A stretch of 20,000 nt of DNA from assembly GCA_023205875.1 (NCBI GenBank), contig CP060756.1:1483777-1503776 (forward strand), in the 5' to 3' direction. Made by a program: the position numbers and the translations under genes. This document shows positions 1 through 9,556 of the stretch, one piece after another (positions within the stretch are counted from its first letter, which is position 1; every line of letters starts with the position of its first letter). Source of the DNA: Chloropicon primus. Lineage: Eukaryota. The notes under the pieces are model-generated. The model saw nothing but the letters and a program-made list of their open reading frames with translations. It did not search any database and had not been told where the DNA came from.

Positions 1-1
1 C

Positions 2-585
2 AAGCTGGCACGGAGGGGCTGGGCAGTTTGGAGGCCCGAGAACAACGAGAAGGGCAGGGAGGACTACACTTGGCCCGAGTACCTGGATTGGGTGGGGGAC
101 AGGACGAGGGACAACGTTGCCGTTGTGGAGATTCACGGGCAGGGCAAGATCGGGGAGATTCCGGCTCAGGGCGTGATCGGGGACGAGGGTTCCCCTCTGA
201 ATCGGGTGCTCGGAGAGAAATTCGGGTTCTTTCCCATCGACTACACGAGGAGGGGTGTTCCGAGGCACGGAGGCACCATCGTAGAGGCTTTTGACACGGA
301 CGAGTTCAGGAAGGTAAGGACGAGGGTGGGACCTTGTAGCGCTCCCCCGGACACTGACTTTTGTTCGTTCGTTAGTTGACTCCGCTTGAGAGGTACGCCG
401 CAGCAGAGTCGGTCAGTGACTCGATCGCAAATAGCGTCTGCAAGGCTTACGACGACGAGGCAAAGGCTGTTCTGCCCGGGTGCAGTGCCACGGGGTGCCC
501 CGTGGACGTGGGTTACGCTCGAAGGAAAGGTTTCCGGGTCAAGTCTTACGGGGCTCCCCGCAAAAATTCTGCTGCGCCGTCCTAG
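2..585 (+). CDS. 3' part of a spliced gene (exons <2..313 and 376..585); uncharacterised protein, weakly amidase_3-like
   Basis: Frame is open from base 2 (KLARRGWAVW...VVEIHGQG...FGFFPIDYTRRGVPRHGGTIVEAFDTDEFRK). It joins in frame to ORF 376..585 after removing a GT..AG intron. The 5' end lies outside the window and the function is only a guess. Confidence 0.6.
314..375 (+). other. Spliceosomal intron (62 nt)
   Basis: AAG|GTAAGG donor at 314, CTGAC branch motif at 354-358, T-rich tract, TTAG acceptor ending at 375. Phase-0 removal joins two open frames. Confidence 0.75.
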
Positions 586-696
586 TCCACCACGAAAGCA
601 AAGAATAACTGTTATTCTCGAAAAAATGTACCAATATATACAATTATTTACGCAAAGGCAAATGTCCCTCGCCGCTGACATCCCTTCTTCCTCGCT

Positions 697-1476
697 TCAC
701 CCCCTGCTGAGATCCTCCGAGGCTTGCCTGAGCTTGCCGAGCTCCTCCGGCGTGGCCTCCCCACTCCCCCTCCACCTGACCTTCCCCCCCTTGTCCACCA
801 GGAAGCAGTACGCCGTCAGCCGATTCGAGATGTCCAGGAGTCGCTGGAACTCCCTCAGGTTCCCGAAAGCGGCCATCAGCTTTATGCCACCCACCGCCGA
901 GCCCTGCTCCCTCTTTGCCATCTCCTTCGCCAGGCCTCCGAGGATCACAGACTTGAGCGGGCCTGCCCTGAACAGGAGCGACTCCACGCAGCAGAGCTCC
1001 AGGACCCCGACCTTGGCCTGGCTCGCCCTCGAGGAGGCCAGAAACCCCTCCGTCCAGGTTCTCAGGTGCCCCTTGGCGTTCTCCCGAAAGTACACCCCCA
1101 CGACTGTCCCGGACGACCCCGCTCCACTCTCGTCGGTGAGGAGGCCAGCCACGTCCACCGGGCCCTTGGGGTGAGTGGGGACCGCGAGGCCGGGGTGGCC
1201 CGTCGAGAAGTTGATCGGATGGGCACTCACGTTCCTAGGGAAGTCCTTGGACGTCCTGTGCGACAGGAGGTGGGGCGAGCAAGGGAACACCTTGCCCCCA
1301 GTATCTCGCATCTCATTCAGCTCGAAAAAGTACCCCTTCTGAAGCCTCTTCTTCTCGAGGTGGTCAAAGTGACGCTCCGGGACGCGGCTCAGTCGCAAGG
1401 CCCACCCCATTCGCGCCCCTCGGCCCCCCGGGTCAAGGCCCAGGCGCCTCACCGACCCCCCCAGCGACTGCAGCAT
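697..1476 (-). CDS. ATP10: Mitochondrial ATP synthase assembly factor ATP10-like protein
   Basis: C-terminal N-x-L-T-A-Y-C-F-L-V-D-x-x-G-K-V-R-W-x-G-S-G-x-A-T-x-E-E-L signature, GYFFELNEMRDTGGK motif, and an Arg-rich presequence-like N-terminus. Confidence 0.8.
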   Translation of the reverse strand: MLQSLGGSVRRLGLDPGGRGARMGWALRLSRVPERHFDHLEKKRLQKGYFFELNEMRDTGGKVFPCSPHLLSHRTSKDFPRNVSAHPINFSTGHPGLAVPTHPKGPVDVAGLLTDESGAGSSGTVVGVYFRENAKGHLRTWTEGFLASSRASQAKVGVLELCCVESLLFRAGPLKSVILGGLAKEMAKREQGSAVGGIKLMAAFGNLREFQRLLDISNRLTAYCFLVDKGGKVRWRGSGEATPEELGKLRQASEDLSRG

Positions 1477-1669
1477 CCTCCTCCTCCCAGTAGTCCACCT
1501 GCTGGATTCCGCGCAATGAAGAAGCAGAAGCCTCGAAGATTGAAAATTGAAAGGGGCTCGTCGGAGTTTTTGGTGGAATGGAATGGAATGGATGATGGAT
1601 TGTGATTCATGCGATTACAAAAAAATGAAAACGGCAACGACCACCTCCACCGCCGACGATGGGGATCAC

Positions 1670-3406
1670 TCACTCCACTTTCTTGTACAGCTGCCTGTAA
1701 TGGGTTCCCGCCGTGAAGACGTACTTGAGGAAGAAGGCTCCTCCCCCGAAACGGAACAGGGTCGAGGTCAGCATGGAGGCCGAGGAGGCCAGCTTGAAGG
1801 CCGTCGTCTCGCTGCCCTCCACCAGAGGAGAGTGGCAGGCTGGAATCACCTGCATGTGGGTGGCAACCATGCTCGAAATTGTTGAAAGCCAAAGCATCTT
1901 GGTCCAAAATTTGGAAAAGGTCTGGAGATTCAAGCCCGCGGAGAAGTTCTTCTTCAGGTAGTCCTCGAGGTTGTAGATGATGACTCCGACCGCCGCCATG
2001 ATGATGCCGTTGAAAAGGTGGTGCATGTGCAGGAGAATGGCGTACCTGATGTTCACCTGGTGGATGGGAGGGTGCGAGAGCTTCTCCCTGATGCCTCCGA
2101 CGGTGAAGGGGACGATGAGGCCCGCCATCACGGCGTACGCCCAGAAACCACTCACCACGACAACCAGGAGGCCATGGAACACGAAGTTGGTCCTCACGTT
2201 GTTGGCGCAAGTCTCGAAGGGCTTGTACATCACCTTGGGCAGGTGACCGATGACGGTGGCCACGTGGATGTTGGTGTTGATGGCCGTGAAGTTCACCGTG
2301 CAGAAGAAGAAGATCCTGTCGATCAACCATCCCGCCGTTGCGGGCGCGCCCGCGACCAACGTCCAGCTCGGGTGCATGAAGTGCCCACGCATCTTGGAGT
2401 TCATGTAAAACGCGGTGCTGAAGTACGTGAGCTGAACGGAGATGCTGCTGATGGCGTCGAGCTTAGTCCAAAAGGTCGCCTGCGCCTTGCCCTCGCCCTC
2501 ATCCCTCAAGCAAGGGAAGAGCTGGGCCCCCGCGATGACATACAAGGCGTGCATGGCCATCTGGTCGAACGCTTTCGAGTAAACCTTTCTTCGTCCGGGC
2601 ACCATGGGCTCCACGAAGTACTCTCCTGGGGCAGTGGGGTCTGCAATACCGTGGTTGGCAAGAAGCATCCACGCCCCAAAGAGCATGTAGAAGAAGTTCA
2701 CCCAAAAGTAAAGGAACTCTGCGCTGGCCTTCCTGGCCGCCTCCTTGTTCTTGAACTTGCCAACAAAAGGGCCAGTCATGGACCCACCGTTCATGGACAA
2801 GAGCCCCACGAGGGCAAAGACCAAGACGTAGAGGACGTTGGAGAACCAGTACAGAACATCGATATCGGGTGAGGTCGTGTAGCCCTTCGTAAATCCTCTC
2901 TCGGCCCACTCCAAGTTAATCGTCGACCCACCGTTGAGCAAGGTCATGACGATCTGGTGGAGTATCACCCAGACGTGGGAAAGGGGCAGGAGGAAGTACA
3001 CAAGGGAAACCGTCTTGGGGGATGTGGAGCCCTTTCTCAGCGCACTCTCGAGGCAAGCCGGCATCACCGCCAGGTACACAGCCCTGTAAGGGAGCACGTT
3101 GTTTGCAAGATGGGCAATAACAGACTTGCCACCACCTATCACCGTGACCAAGAAGTTCTCGTACTCCTCTTCCCCCGGCGTCTTCACGCCAAACCCCTTG
3201 GCAACCTGAAACAGTGAGGAGGCCAACACAAAGATTGCAGCCCACAAGTAACACCAGATTCTGCCCCTCGAGGCGTCGTTTGGCTTCATCTTGTGCGCCG
3301 TCAGTGGCAAGGCGGTCATCTTGCACCAAAAGGCGTGGTATCCCCAGAAGAACACCACCACCACGCCAATCACAATGAACAAAGAATCCGTCGCAGGACT
3401 CTCCAT
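1670..3406 (-). CDS. 578-aa polytopic membrane protein (stand-alone module B), homologous to the distal part of the fusion membrane domain
   Basis: ATG at 3406 (MESPATDSLF...). The longer 765-aa ORF-track call runs through a microsatellite and the divergent gene. About 12-13 hydrophobic segments, collinear similarity to fusion residues ~280-815, C-terminus KKVE. Confidence 0.75.
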   Translation of the reverse strand: MESPATDSLFIVIGVVVVFFWGYHAFWCKMTALPLTAHKMKPNDASRGRIWCYLWAAIFVLASSLFQVAKGFGVKTPGEEEYENFLVTVIGGGKSVIAHLANNVLPYRAVYLAVMPACLESALRKGSTSPKTVSLVYFLLPLSHVWVILHQIVMTLLNGGSTINLEWAERGFTKGYTTSPDIDVLYWFSNVLYVLVFALVGLLSMNGGSMTGPFVGKFKNKEAARKASAEFLYFWVNFFYMLFGAWMLLANHGIADPTAPGEYFVEPMVPGRRKVYSKAFDQMAMHALYVIAGAQLFPCLRDEGEGKAQATFWTKLDAISSISVQLTYFSTAFYMNSKMRGHFMHPSWTLVAGAPATAGWLIDRIFFFCTVNFTAINTNIHVATVIGHLPKVMYKPFETCANNVRTNFVFHGLLVVVVSGFWAYAVMAGLIVPFTVGGIREKLSHPPIHQVNIRYAILLHMHHLFNGIIMAAVGVIIYNLEDYLKKNFSAGLNLQTFSKFWTKMLWLSTISSMVATHMQVIPACHSPLVEGSETTAFKLASSASMLTSTLFRFGGGAFFLKYVFTAGTHYRQLYKKVE

Positions 3407-3692
3407 CTTGACAATCCTATGCTTGTTTCTCTTTTGTTTCAAGAGAAATGAGAAGAACGAAGGAACAAACGGACGGAAGGACGGAAGGATCAACTGGTTG
3501 CGCGCGTCCTTGTACGGCTGGCCTTGTGCTGCCTCCCGTACGCTCACGCAGTACGACGCGTGGCCCCCGTCTCCCTGTCGTGGTCTCCCTCCCACCTCCC
3601 TTGGTGTGTGGGGGGGCGTTGATTTTTTTTCCCTCCAAGGGATCGGTTCGGCTTTGCGTTTGTGGGGGATATCCACCAGGAGTCCAACAAAC

Positions 3693-3727
3693 GGCTTGGC
3701 TTGGCTTGGCTTGGCTTGGCTTGGCTT
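3693..3727 (+). repeat. (GGCTT)7 microsatellite
   Basis: Seven perfect pentamer copies in the divergent intergenic region. Confidence 0.95.
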
Positions 3728-3796
3728 GGTGCCTGCCTCTACTCTGCCTTCTTGGGGGGGGGCCAAGGCCACAGCACAGACTAAAAGAGACCACTC

Positions 3797-6700
3797 ATGA
3801 AGAAAAGCAACGTGGAGGACAAGGTGGAACCTCCGCAAGTGGACACCATTGCCAACAGAGGGACGCCCAAGATCCTCAGATTTCACGTGCTGCAGGGGTT
3901 CAATTATCTCTTCGCCGGCGCCTACTTTGCCTACCTCGCACTCTACGGGAGCGAGGCCAAGCCACACTACGTGAGCAAGCTATGGATGCAGCTGGAGGAC
4001 CCGCCACTCAACCCTCTGGAGAGGACGCTCCTGGCCATGTTCTGGCTCTGCCCCTCCTGCATCGGGCTTGGGTACCTCCTGATCCCCAAACATCTGGAGA
4101 GCGTGTACGGTTCCTTCTTGACAATGTCAAGTGGGGTCATACTGGCGTTCCGCCTGGCTCTGACGCCGGCCCAGTACCTCACGCTCATTATTTTTCCTGT
4201 GGACTTTGGTGGAATCCTGTACAAGCTGCGGCTGCTGCGAGAGGAGTTCTGGGCCATTCCCAAGGAGTCCAGAAAGATTTTGTGGAACGTTCCTGAGGCT
4301 GCAGACAGGTCGACCATGTCCAGGCTCCTTGAATTCGAGTGTTACTTCTTTGCGGTGTACCTGTACGTGCTGTCCTTTGTGAGCACGGACGTCCTCCTGC
4401 CGGGGTGCAGCGGCACAAGGGTGGCCCCCTTCTCGAAGATCTTCTTCGGCTGCCAGGCGGTGGTCTTCGTGTACGTTGTGCCTGGCTTGAGGCAGGGGAA
4501 GAACCTGGTGGCCTACATGCTCCTCTGCAACAAGGCCATCGTGTCCTGCTTTTTGATCAAGGGCATCTTCTTTGACGGCGTGATTCCCAACACGATGGGC
4601 GCCTGGGTCCTGCTGCCGTACGTGACGACCTTGGCCTTTGAGTTCCACCTGCTCCTGTGGAAGAGAGTGATGCGGTATTCCATATTTTCTCGCTACGTGA
4701 CCAGAAGGCAAGCTTCGAGCGCAAAGTACTTCAGCATGCTGTTCGCCGTGCTCATCGTCACGTTATCCAATACGTGGTACATCTGCACGGGGAGCGGGCT
4801 GGCCTCGATCAGCAAGACGTACGGAAGTTTCCTTGACAGACTGGCTTTCCTTCCCGGCACGGACAAGAACGCGGATAGAGTGCGCTTCCTCGACGCGATG
4901 CTTGCTGGCGTCCTCTTCTTGTTTGTGATAGCGCTGGAGGAGGTGTTGGCGAAGAAGAACACGGCGAGGGTCGTATCCAGGATCCACTTTGTGCTCACCA
5001 TTGGCGCCTTTACCTTTTCCATCATGTTCAAAGTGTTCTGCAATTTGGACGTCAAGTCGAGTTGGCACGGCACCGTGGCTGCCTCTGATCACAGGGTTGG
5101 GATGCATTGCATCTACTGGGTTGTGAACGCGTTCCTGCGCGTGGCGTTTCCCCTTGCTTGCTTGTTCGTTCTCTGCAACGTGGATGGGCCCATCAGCTCT
5201 TGGACGATCTCGATGAAGGGGCCCAAGAAGACAAAGTCCCGCCTCGCGAGCACGATTGTGGTTCAAAACACCGTCAGGACGGCAATCAAGAGGACTATGA
5301 TCTTCCACGGCATGAGCATGATGATGTTTGCCTCTTTGGCCAGCACGCTGTTCACGTCTGGCTTGCCCACCTTCTTCCCCAACGACAGCATTTTTGGTGG
5401 GCACTACATCATCAAGCCCTTGGTGCCTCACAGCGTCGACTCGCAGCGCTCTCTGTTTTACGTCGGTCTTGTGATTGCGTTTGTTACGGTTATCATGGGG
5501 AGCGCCCTGGCGACCATCGACGGCAGGGCACTGCCAGTGGCCCAGTTTTTGAGCGCGGTGTGGCCACTCTCTGCTTGGGCGTTCTTGCTCGATTCCTGGA
5601 TTTCTTTGGCGTATCAGAGGGGCAGCAAGCTCCACCACTACTTTGAACCCCTTTTCAGGGGCTCCATGGTCGTGAACTCCGAGCATATGACCTCCATAGC
5701 GGTGGTGGGCATGGGCACCGCCGCGCTGAGCCTGATGGTTGTGCTCTTCCTGAGGGTGAGGAGCGTCTCCGTGTACAACAGGAAAGTTCAGGCCCCCTCT
5801 GATTTTGCTGAGGAGCTCTCCCACTCGCACAAGCAGTCGTACATCTTCCACAGCAGCGTCCTGGTCTTCTCTGCGAGCGTCTTCATGCTGAGGTCTTGCA
5901 AGTACGCCGACACGAGCAGCGTGGGTGCCATCTTCAAGGATTACTTGTTCGATGACATCGTGGCTTGCCTGACGATGATGAACTTCGGCTTTGTGATTTA
6001 CGAGTGCAAGGAGGGGCTGCATCACCGGAGTTTCTTGTCCAAGGTCACGTCACTGAAAACGGCGTGGATCCTTTCGGGTTACGTGTTGTTTTCGGCCAAC
6101 AAGGCTCTGGGATACTTTGGTTTCTCCGACACGAGGATCGAGATGGTTTACTTGGTTTCGTACGTTGTGTACAACATTGTGATCCAGTTCCAGTCCGCTC
6201 GAGCTGTGGTCGAGGCGATCTACTTCATCCGCCCGAGCTTCAACTCCAACCTTCCTGCGATCCTCAAGTCCTTCAATGCTTTGAGCAGGAGTCAGACAGA
6301 AGATGTGGACACGGGTCTTGTTGGCGTACCGGTGGATGAGGACAATACAATTGTGCCGAAGAATCTGACAAAGGGTAATCCAAACTGGAAGAACAACTGG
6401 AGGAAGTGCTTCGAAAGAGAGTTTGGGGAAAGGACGCTGGCTGACAATGTCAAGACCTGCTTTCCGATCCCTATGCCTGCTGACAAGTCAGGCTTGAACG
6501 CGCTGAAGCGCAAGGCAGTGTTTGGGTCGTGGAAAAAGTACAAGCGCAAGCCCAAGTCTTTTGTCGGAGCCTGTGGCATGTTTGAAGTGATCGAGAACGA
6601 CAAGGTTCCTCCCACAGTTTTTTTTGAGCCAGGAAAGCGATATTATCTTCGATGCAGACATTCGAACGTGACTTGGGACGATGATGCGGGGTTAGACTTT

Positions 6701-9514
6701 CGGGGTGTTGCACTGAAGTTTGGTCACGGAAGACACAAAAGCGACTTTGATTTGCACATGTCAACTGGAGAGATTCCCCCGTTTGTCAACGTCCCAACCA
6801 TGTTGGAGTACATGGGCAACGCAAAGCGCGACTACATGATGAAAAACCCAATGGTTGCGATGGCTGCGATTGAGGGCCAACGTCGGGCCCCCGAGACCTT
6901 TGCGCAGCTTCACTACTACTCCCACTTTTGCAAGAATTTCTGGAGCATCGATGGAATGAAGAGGTACTGCAAGTTCAGGCTCGTGCCGTACGGAGCCGGC
7001 CCCTTCACTGAAGTAGGCCCAGAGGCGTTCAAGCCAAACGCAGAGGACCAGCAGCGCATCTGCCAAAGTCTTGACGCAGATCATGAGAGGCTGCCCGGCG
7101 AGAAGAGGGAGGAGGACTATCTTCGCAAAGAATTCAGAGCGAGGCTTCAGGAGGACGTCGTTCGTTACAGGCTGCAAATTCAGCTTCGCGAGGCCTCTGA
7201 AGTGGAGACCCACGAGGTCTTCAACCCGTGCAAGAGGTGGGACGCACCTTTCTTGGACATCGGCGTAGTCACCCTCTTTGCGCCTCTCGTCGACTACGAG
7301 ACACAGCAAACGGCGTTTGACTACTTCTCTTGGGGGCCGGACTGCTTGTCCCTGATCAAGCCGGTGGGGCTGCTCGACTACAGCTCCATTAATTGGCTCA
7401 GGGAAACGGCGATGAACGGCCAAGGAAAGGCTCCGTGGAGCCTGATGCTCAGGTCCAAGAAGGACAAAGTCTTCAAGAGTCCGTGCAAGTACGTCATCAA
7501 CGTCCACACGTCTCACGTCATGTTCAGCGGCATCGACGGGAACGCGTACGTCACCATCGTGGGCACCAAGGCGTCGACCACGCAGCTTCTCCTTGAGAAC
7601 GGCGGTTACGACTTCGAGGCGGACACCGTGAGCCGGTTCGTGGTGTACGACGAAGATGTGGGCGATCCGTTGTACTGTTTCCTGCACCACGATTCCAACG
7701 AATCTTGGAGGAAGCGCTTGTTGAAGCTGGACTTCTTCGTGGGTTCCAAGTGGAATTGCGGCAAGGTGCAAGTCACGAGCAAGTCCCCGAGGCACGGAAA
7801 GAAGAAGACGACTTTCTTCGTCTGGAAGTGGCTGTCAAAGGGGGAGCTAGCGTTTGCGGTAGCCGACCGAATCCCTGCCACCCCCAAGGCCCAAGCGATC
7901 TCGAGGGAGCTGTTCAAAAAGTACTTCGAGGACAAGCGGAAAAACTACGCGTGGACTTCCGGGCGTTACCTGCCCAACCACTTGACTTGCCCGACCCACG
8001 CGGACCTCCCGGAGGAGGAGCAATTTTCGGTGGTGAAGCACAAGGACTTCCTTGCCATCAGCATGGGGGCGATGCTGAGCCAGAAGCTGGTGAAGACTTA
8101 CTTGCAGGGCGAAAACCTGAAGAGGATAGAGGATTACTACAGCCTCTACGCGACGGAGCAGCCGGGGAAGCACCTTAAGCACTGGTACACCGACGAGGAG
8201 CTGGGAAGGCAGCTGATGAATGGCGTCCATCCTCTCTGGTTCCGCAAGTGCACCGTGATCCCGCGGAAGTTCAAAGTCGACGATGAGACGCTCTCTGGCC
8301 TTCTCCCCCCCGGAAGAACCCTGGCGCAAGAAATGGAAGCGGGCCACATCTTCATTCTGGACTACGAGATCCTCGAGGGGATTTCAACCGCCCCGGGAGC
8401 CTACGTCGCCACCCCGATAGCTCTGCTCTTCGCGAGCGAGGACACCACCTTGCGCCCGATCGCGATACAGCTGAGCCAGAGCGGAGGTCCCGTGTGGACT
8501 CCGAAGGACTCTCCCCTGGAGTGGATCCTGGTCAAGATGCACCTCGTTTCCGCGGACAGCAACTGCCACCAGATGGTCTCCCACTTGTTCGGCACCCACC
8601 TCCTGATGGAGCCCTGGGCCGTCGCCCTGGAGAGAACCCTGTTCAGCGCGCACCCCGTGTACAAGCTGCTGAAGCCTCATTTCATGTACACCATCGGCAT
8701 CAACACCATCGGCAGGACCACCCTCATCCAGCCGGGGGGGATCGTGGACCGAGTTCTTGCCATAGGCGGGGGGGGGCACATCGAGCTGGTCGCGAAAGCG
8801 TACTCGAGATTCAAGCTGGAAGATTTGAACGTCCCGCTCACCCTGGAAAGGAGGGGAGTGGTGGACAAGGCCGTGCTGAAGAATTACTACTGGAGGGACG
8901 ACGCTCTCCTCCTGTGGGGTGCAATCAAAAAGTACGCTCTAGCGGTCCTCGGAGTGCACTACAAGAGCGACCGGGACGTGAAGGGGGACGACCAAGTGCA
9001 GAGCTTCATCAGAGAGATGAGGTACAGGGGCTACGAGGGCGAGGATCCTGATCAGCACGGTGTTCCGCACACCATCACCACCATCGAGCAGCTGGCTGAT
9101 CTGTGTACTTCCCTTCTCTACTGCACCTCGTGCCAGCACGCCGCGGTGAACTTTGCGATGTTCGATTACTACTCCTTCATCCCGAACAGGTGCCTGTGCT
9201 TGCACGGTCCGCCGCCGACGAAAAAGGGAGAGGTGACGGAGGAGTACATCTGCAGCATTCTGCCGAACCTCGAGCAAAGCTCGCTCACGAGCGCGACGGT
9301 GTACGCGCTCTCCAATTTTTCTAGCGAGGAAGTGTTCATAGGGCACTACAAAGTGGACACGATGGACTTCTCGGAGGAGGACAAGGCCACCATGGACTTC
9401 AAGGACGACCTCGAAGGGATCGAGCGCCGTATCCGGGAGAGGAACTCGCGCCTGGGCATTCACGAGTACAAGTACCTGCTTCCCAGCAGGGTCCCTGCGA
9501 ACATTGCCATCTAG
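3797..9514 (+). CDS. Fusion 1 (1905 aa): multi-TM domain + degenerate catalase-related AOS-like domain + PLAT + lipoxygenase
   Basis: Uninterrupted ORF. The catalase-like part (~6380-7450) has RHSN, RRAPETFAQLHYYS, RYCKFR and RYRLQIQL but lacks the heme His/Asn/Tyr. PLAT lies at ~7480-7860. The LOX has HQMVSHLFGTHLLMEP, YYWRDD, QHAAVNF and C-terminal ANIAI. Confidence 0.93.
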   Translation: MKKSNVEDKVEPPQVDTIANRGTPKILRFHVLQGFNYLFAGAYFAYLALYGSEAKPHYVSKLWMQLEDPPLNPLERTLLAMFWLCPSCIGLGYLLIPKHLESVYGSFLTMSSGVILAFRLALTPAQYLTLIIFPVDFGGILYKLRLLREEFWAIPKESRKILWNVPEAADRSTMSRLLEFECYFFAVYLYVLSFVSTDVLLPGCSGTRVAPFSKIFFGCQAVVFVYVVPGLRQGKNLVAYMLLCNKAIVSCFLIKGIFFDGVIPNTMGAWVLLPYVTTLAFEFHLLLWKRVMRYSIFSRYVTRRQASSAKYFSMLFAVLIVTLSNTWYICTGSGLASISKTYGSFLDRLAFLPGTDKNADRVRFLDAMLAGVLFLFVIALEEVLAKKNTARVVSRIHFVLTIGAFTFSIMFKVFCNLDVKSSWHGTVAASDHRVGMHCIYWVVNAFLRVAFPLACLFVLCNVDGPISSWTISMKGPKKTKSRLASTIVVQNTVRTAIKRTMIFHGMSMMMFASLASTLFTSGLPTFFPNDSIFGGHYIIKPLVPHSVDSQRSLFYVGLVIAFVTVIMGSALATIDGRALPVAQFLSAVWPLSAWAFLLDSWISLAYQRGSKLHHYFEPLFRGSMVVNSEHMTSIAVVGMGTAALSLMVVLFLRVRSVSVYNRKVQAPSDFAEELSHSHKQSYIFHSSVLVFSASVFMLRSCKYADTSSVGAIFKDYLFDDIVACLTMMNFGFVIYECKEGLHHRSFLSKVTSLKTAWILSGYVLFSANKALGYFGFSDTRIEMVYLVSYVVYNIVIQFQSARAVVEAIYFIRPSFNSNLPAILKSFNALSRSQTEDVDTGLVGVPVDEDNTIVPKNLTKGNPNWKNNWRKCFEREFGERTLADNVKTCFPIPMPADKSGLNALKRKAVFGSWKKYKRKPKSFVGACGMFEVIENDKVPPTVFFEPGKRYYLRCRHSNVTWDDDAGLDFRGVALKFGHGRHKSDFDLHMSTGEIPPFVNVPTMLEYMGNAKRDYMMKNPMVAMAAIEGQRRAPETFAQLHYYSHFCKNFWSIDGMKRYCKFRLVPYGAGPFTEVGPEAFKPNAEDQQRICQSLDADHERLPGEKREEDYLRKEFRARLQEDVVRYRLQIQLREASEVETHEVFNPCKRWDAPFLDIGVVTLFAPLVDYETQQTAFDYFSWGPDCLSLIKPVGLLDYSSINWLRETAMNGQGKAPWSLMLRSKKDKVFKSPCKYVINVHTSHVMFSGIDGNAYVTIVGTKASTTQLLLENGGYDFEADTVSRFVVYDEDVGDPLYCFLHHDSNESWRKRLLKLDFFVGSKWNCGKVQVTSKSPRHGKKKTTFFVWKWLSKGELAFAVADRIPATPKAQAISRELFKKYFEDKRKNYAWTSGRYLPNHLTCPTHADLPEEEQFSVVKHKDFLAISMGAMLSQKLVKTYLQGENLKRIEDYYSLYATEQPGKHLKHWYTDEELGRQLMNGVHPLWFRKCTVIPRKFKVDDETLSGLLPPGRTLAQEMEAGHIFILDYEILEGISTAPGAYVATPIALLFASEDTTLRPIAIQLSQSGGPVWTPKDSPLEWILVKMHLVSADSNCHQMVSHLFGTHLLMEPWAVALERTLFSAHPVYKLLKPHFMYTIGINTIGRTTLIQPGGIVDRVLAIGGGGHIELVAKAYSRFKLEDLNVPLTLERRGVVDKAVLKNYYWRDDALLLWGAIKKYALAVLGVHYKSDRDVKGDDQVQSFIREMRYRGYEGEDPDQHGVPHTITTIEQLADLCTSLLYCTSCQHAAVNFAMFDYYSFIPNRCLCLHGPPPTKKGEVTEEYICSILPNLEQSSLTSATVYALSNFSSEEVFIGHYKVDTMDFSEEDKATMDFKDDLEGIERRIRERNSRLGIHEYKYLLPSRVPANIAI
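3873..6311 (+). repeat. 2439-bp direct repeat copy 1 (membrane-domain coding region)
   Basis: Matches 11135..13573 at offset 7262. The only difference I noticed is A4865 vs G12127 (K/E). Confidence 0.92.
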
Positions 9515-9521
9515 CCTAGCC

Positions 9522-9522
<1 letters not shown>

Positions 9523-9550
<28 letters not shown>
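9523..9550 (+). repeat. (AG)14 microsatellite
   Basis: Perfect dinucleotide run just after the fusion 1 stop codon. Confidence 0.95.

Positions 9551-9556
<6 letters not shown>

Noticed and set aside
386..2909. Overlapping ORFs such as 386..1174, 724..1605, 1449..2330 and 2018..2872
   Set aside because: Alternative-frame or antisense shadows of ATP10 and the membrane gene, with no recognisable protein features.
3407..3967. N-terminal extension of the 765-aa ORF call
   Set aside because: Overlaps fusion 1 antisense and translates the GGCTT microsatellite (KPSQA repeats). The ATG at 3406 is the plausible start.
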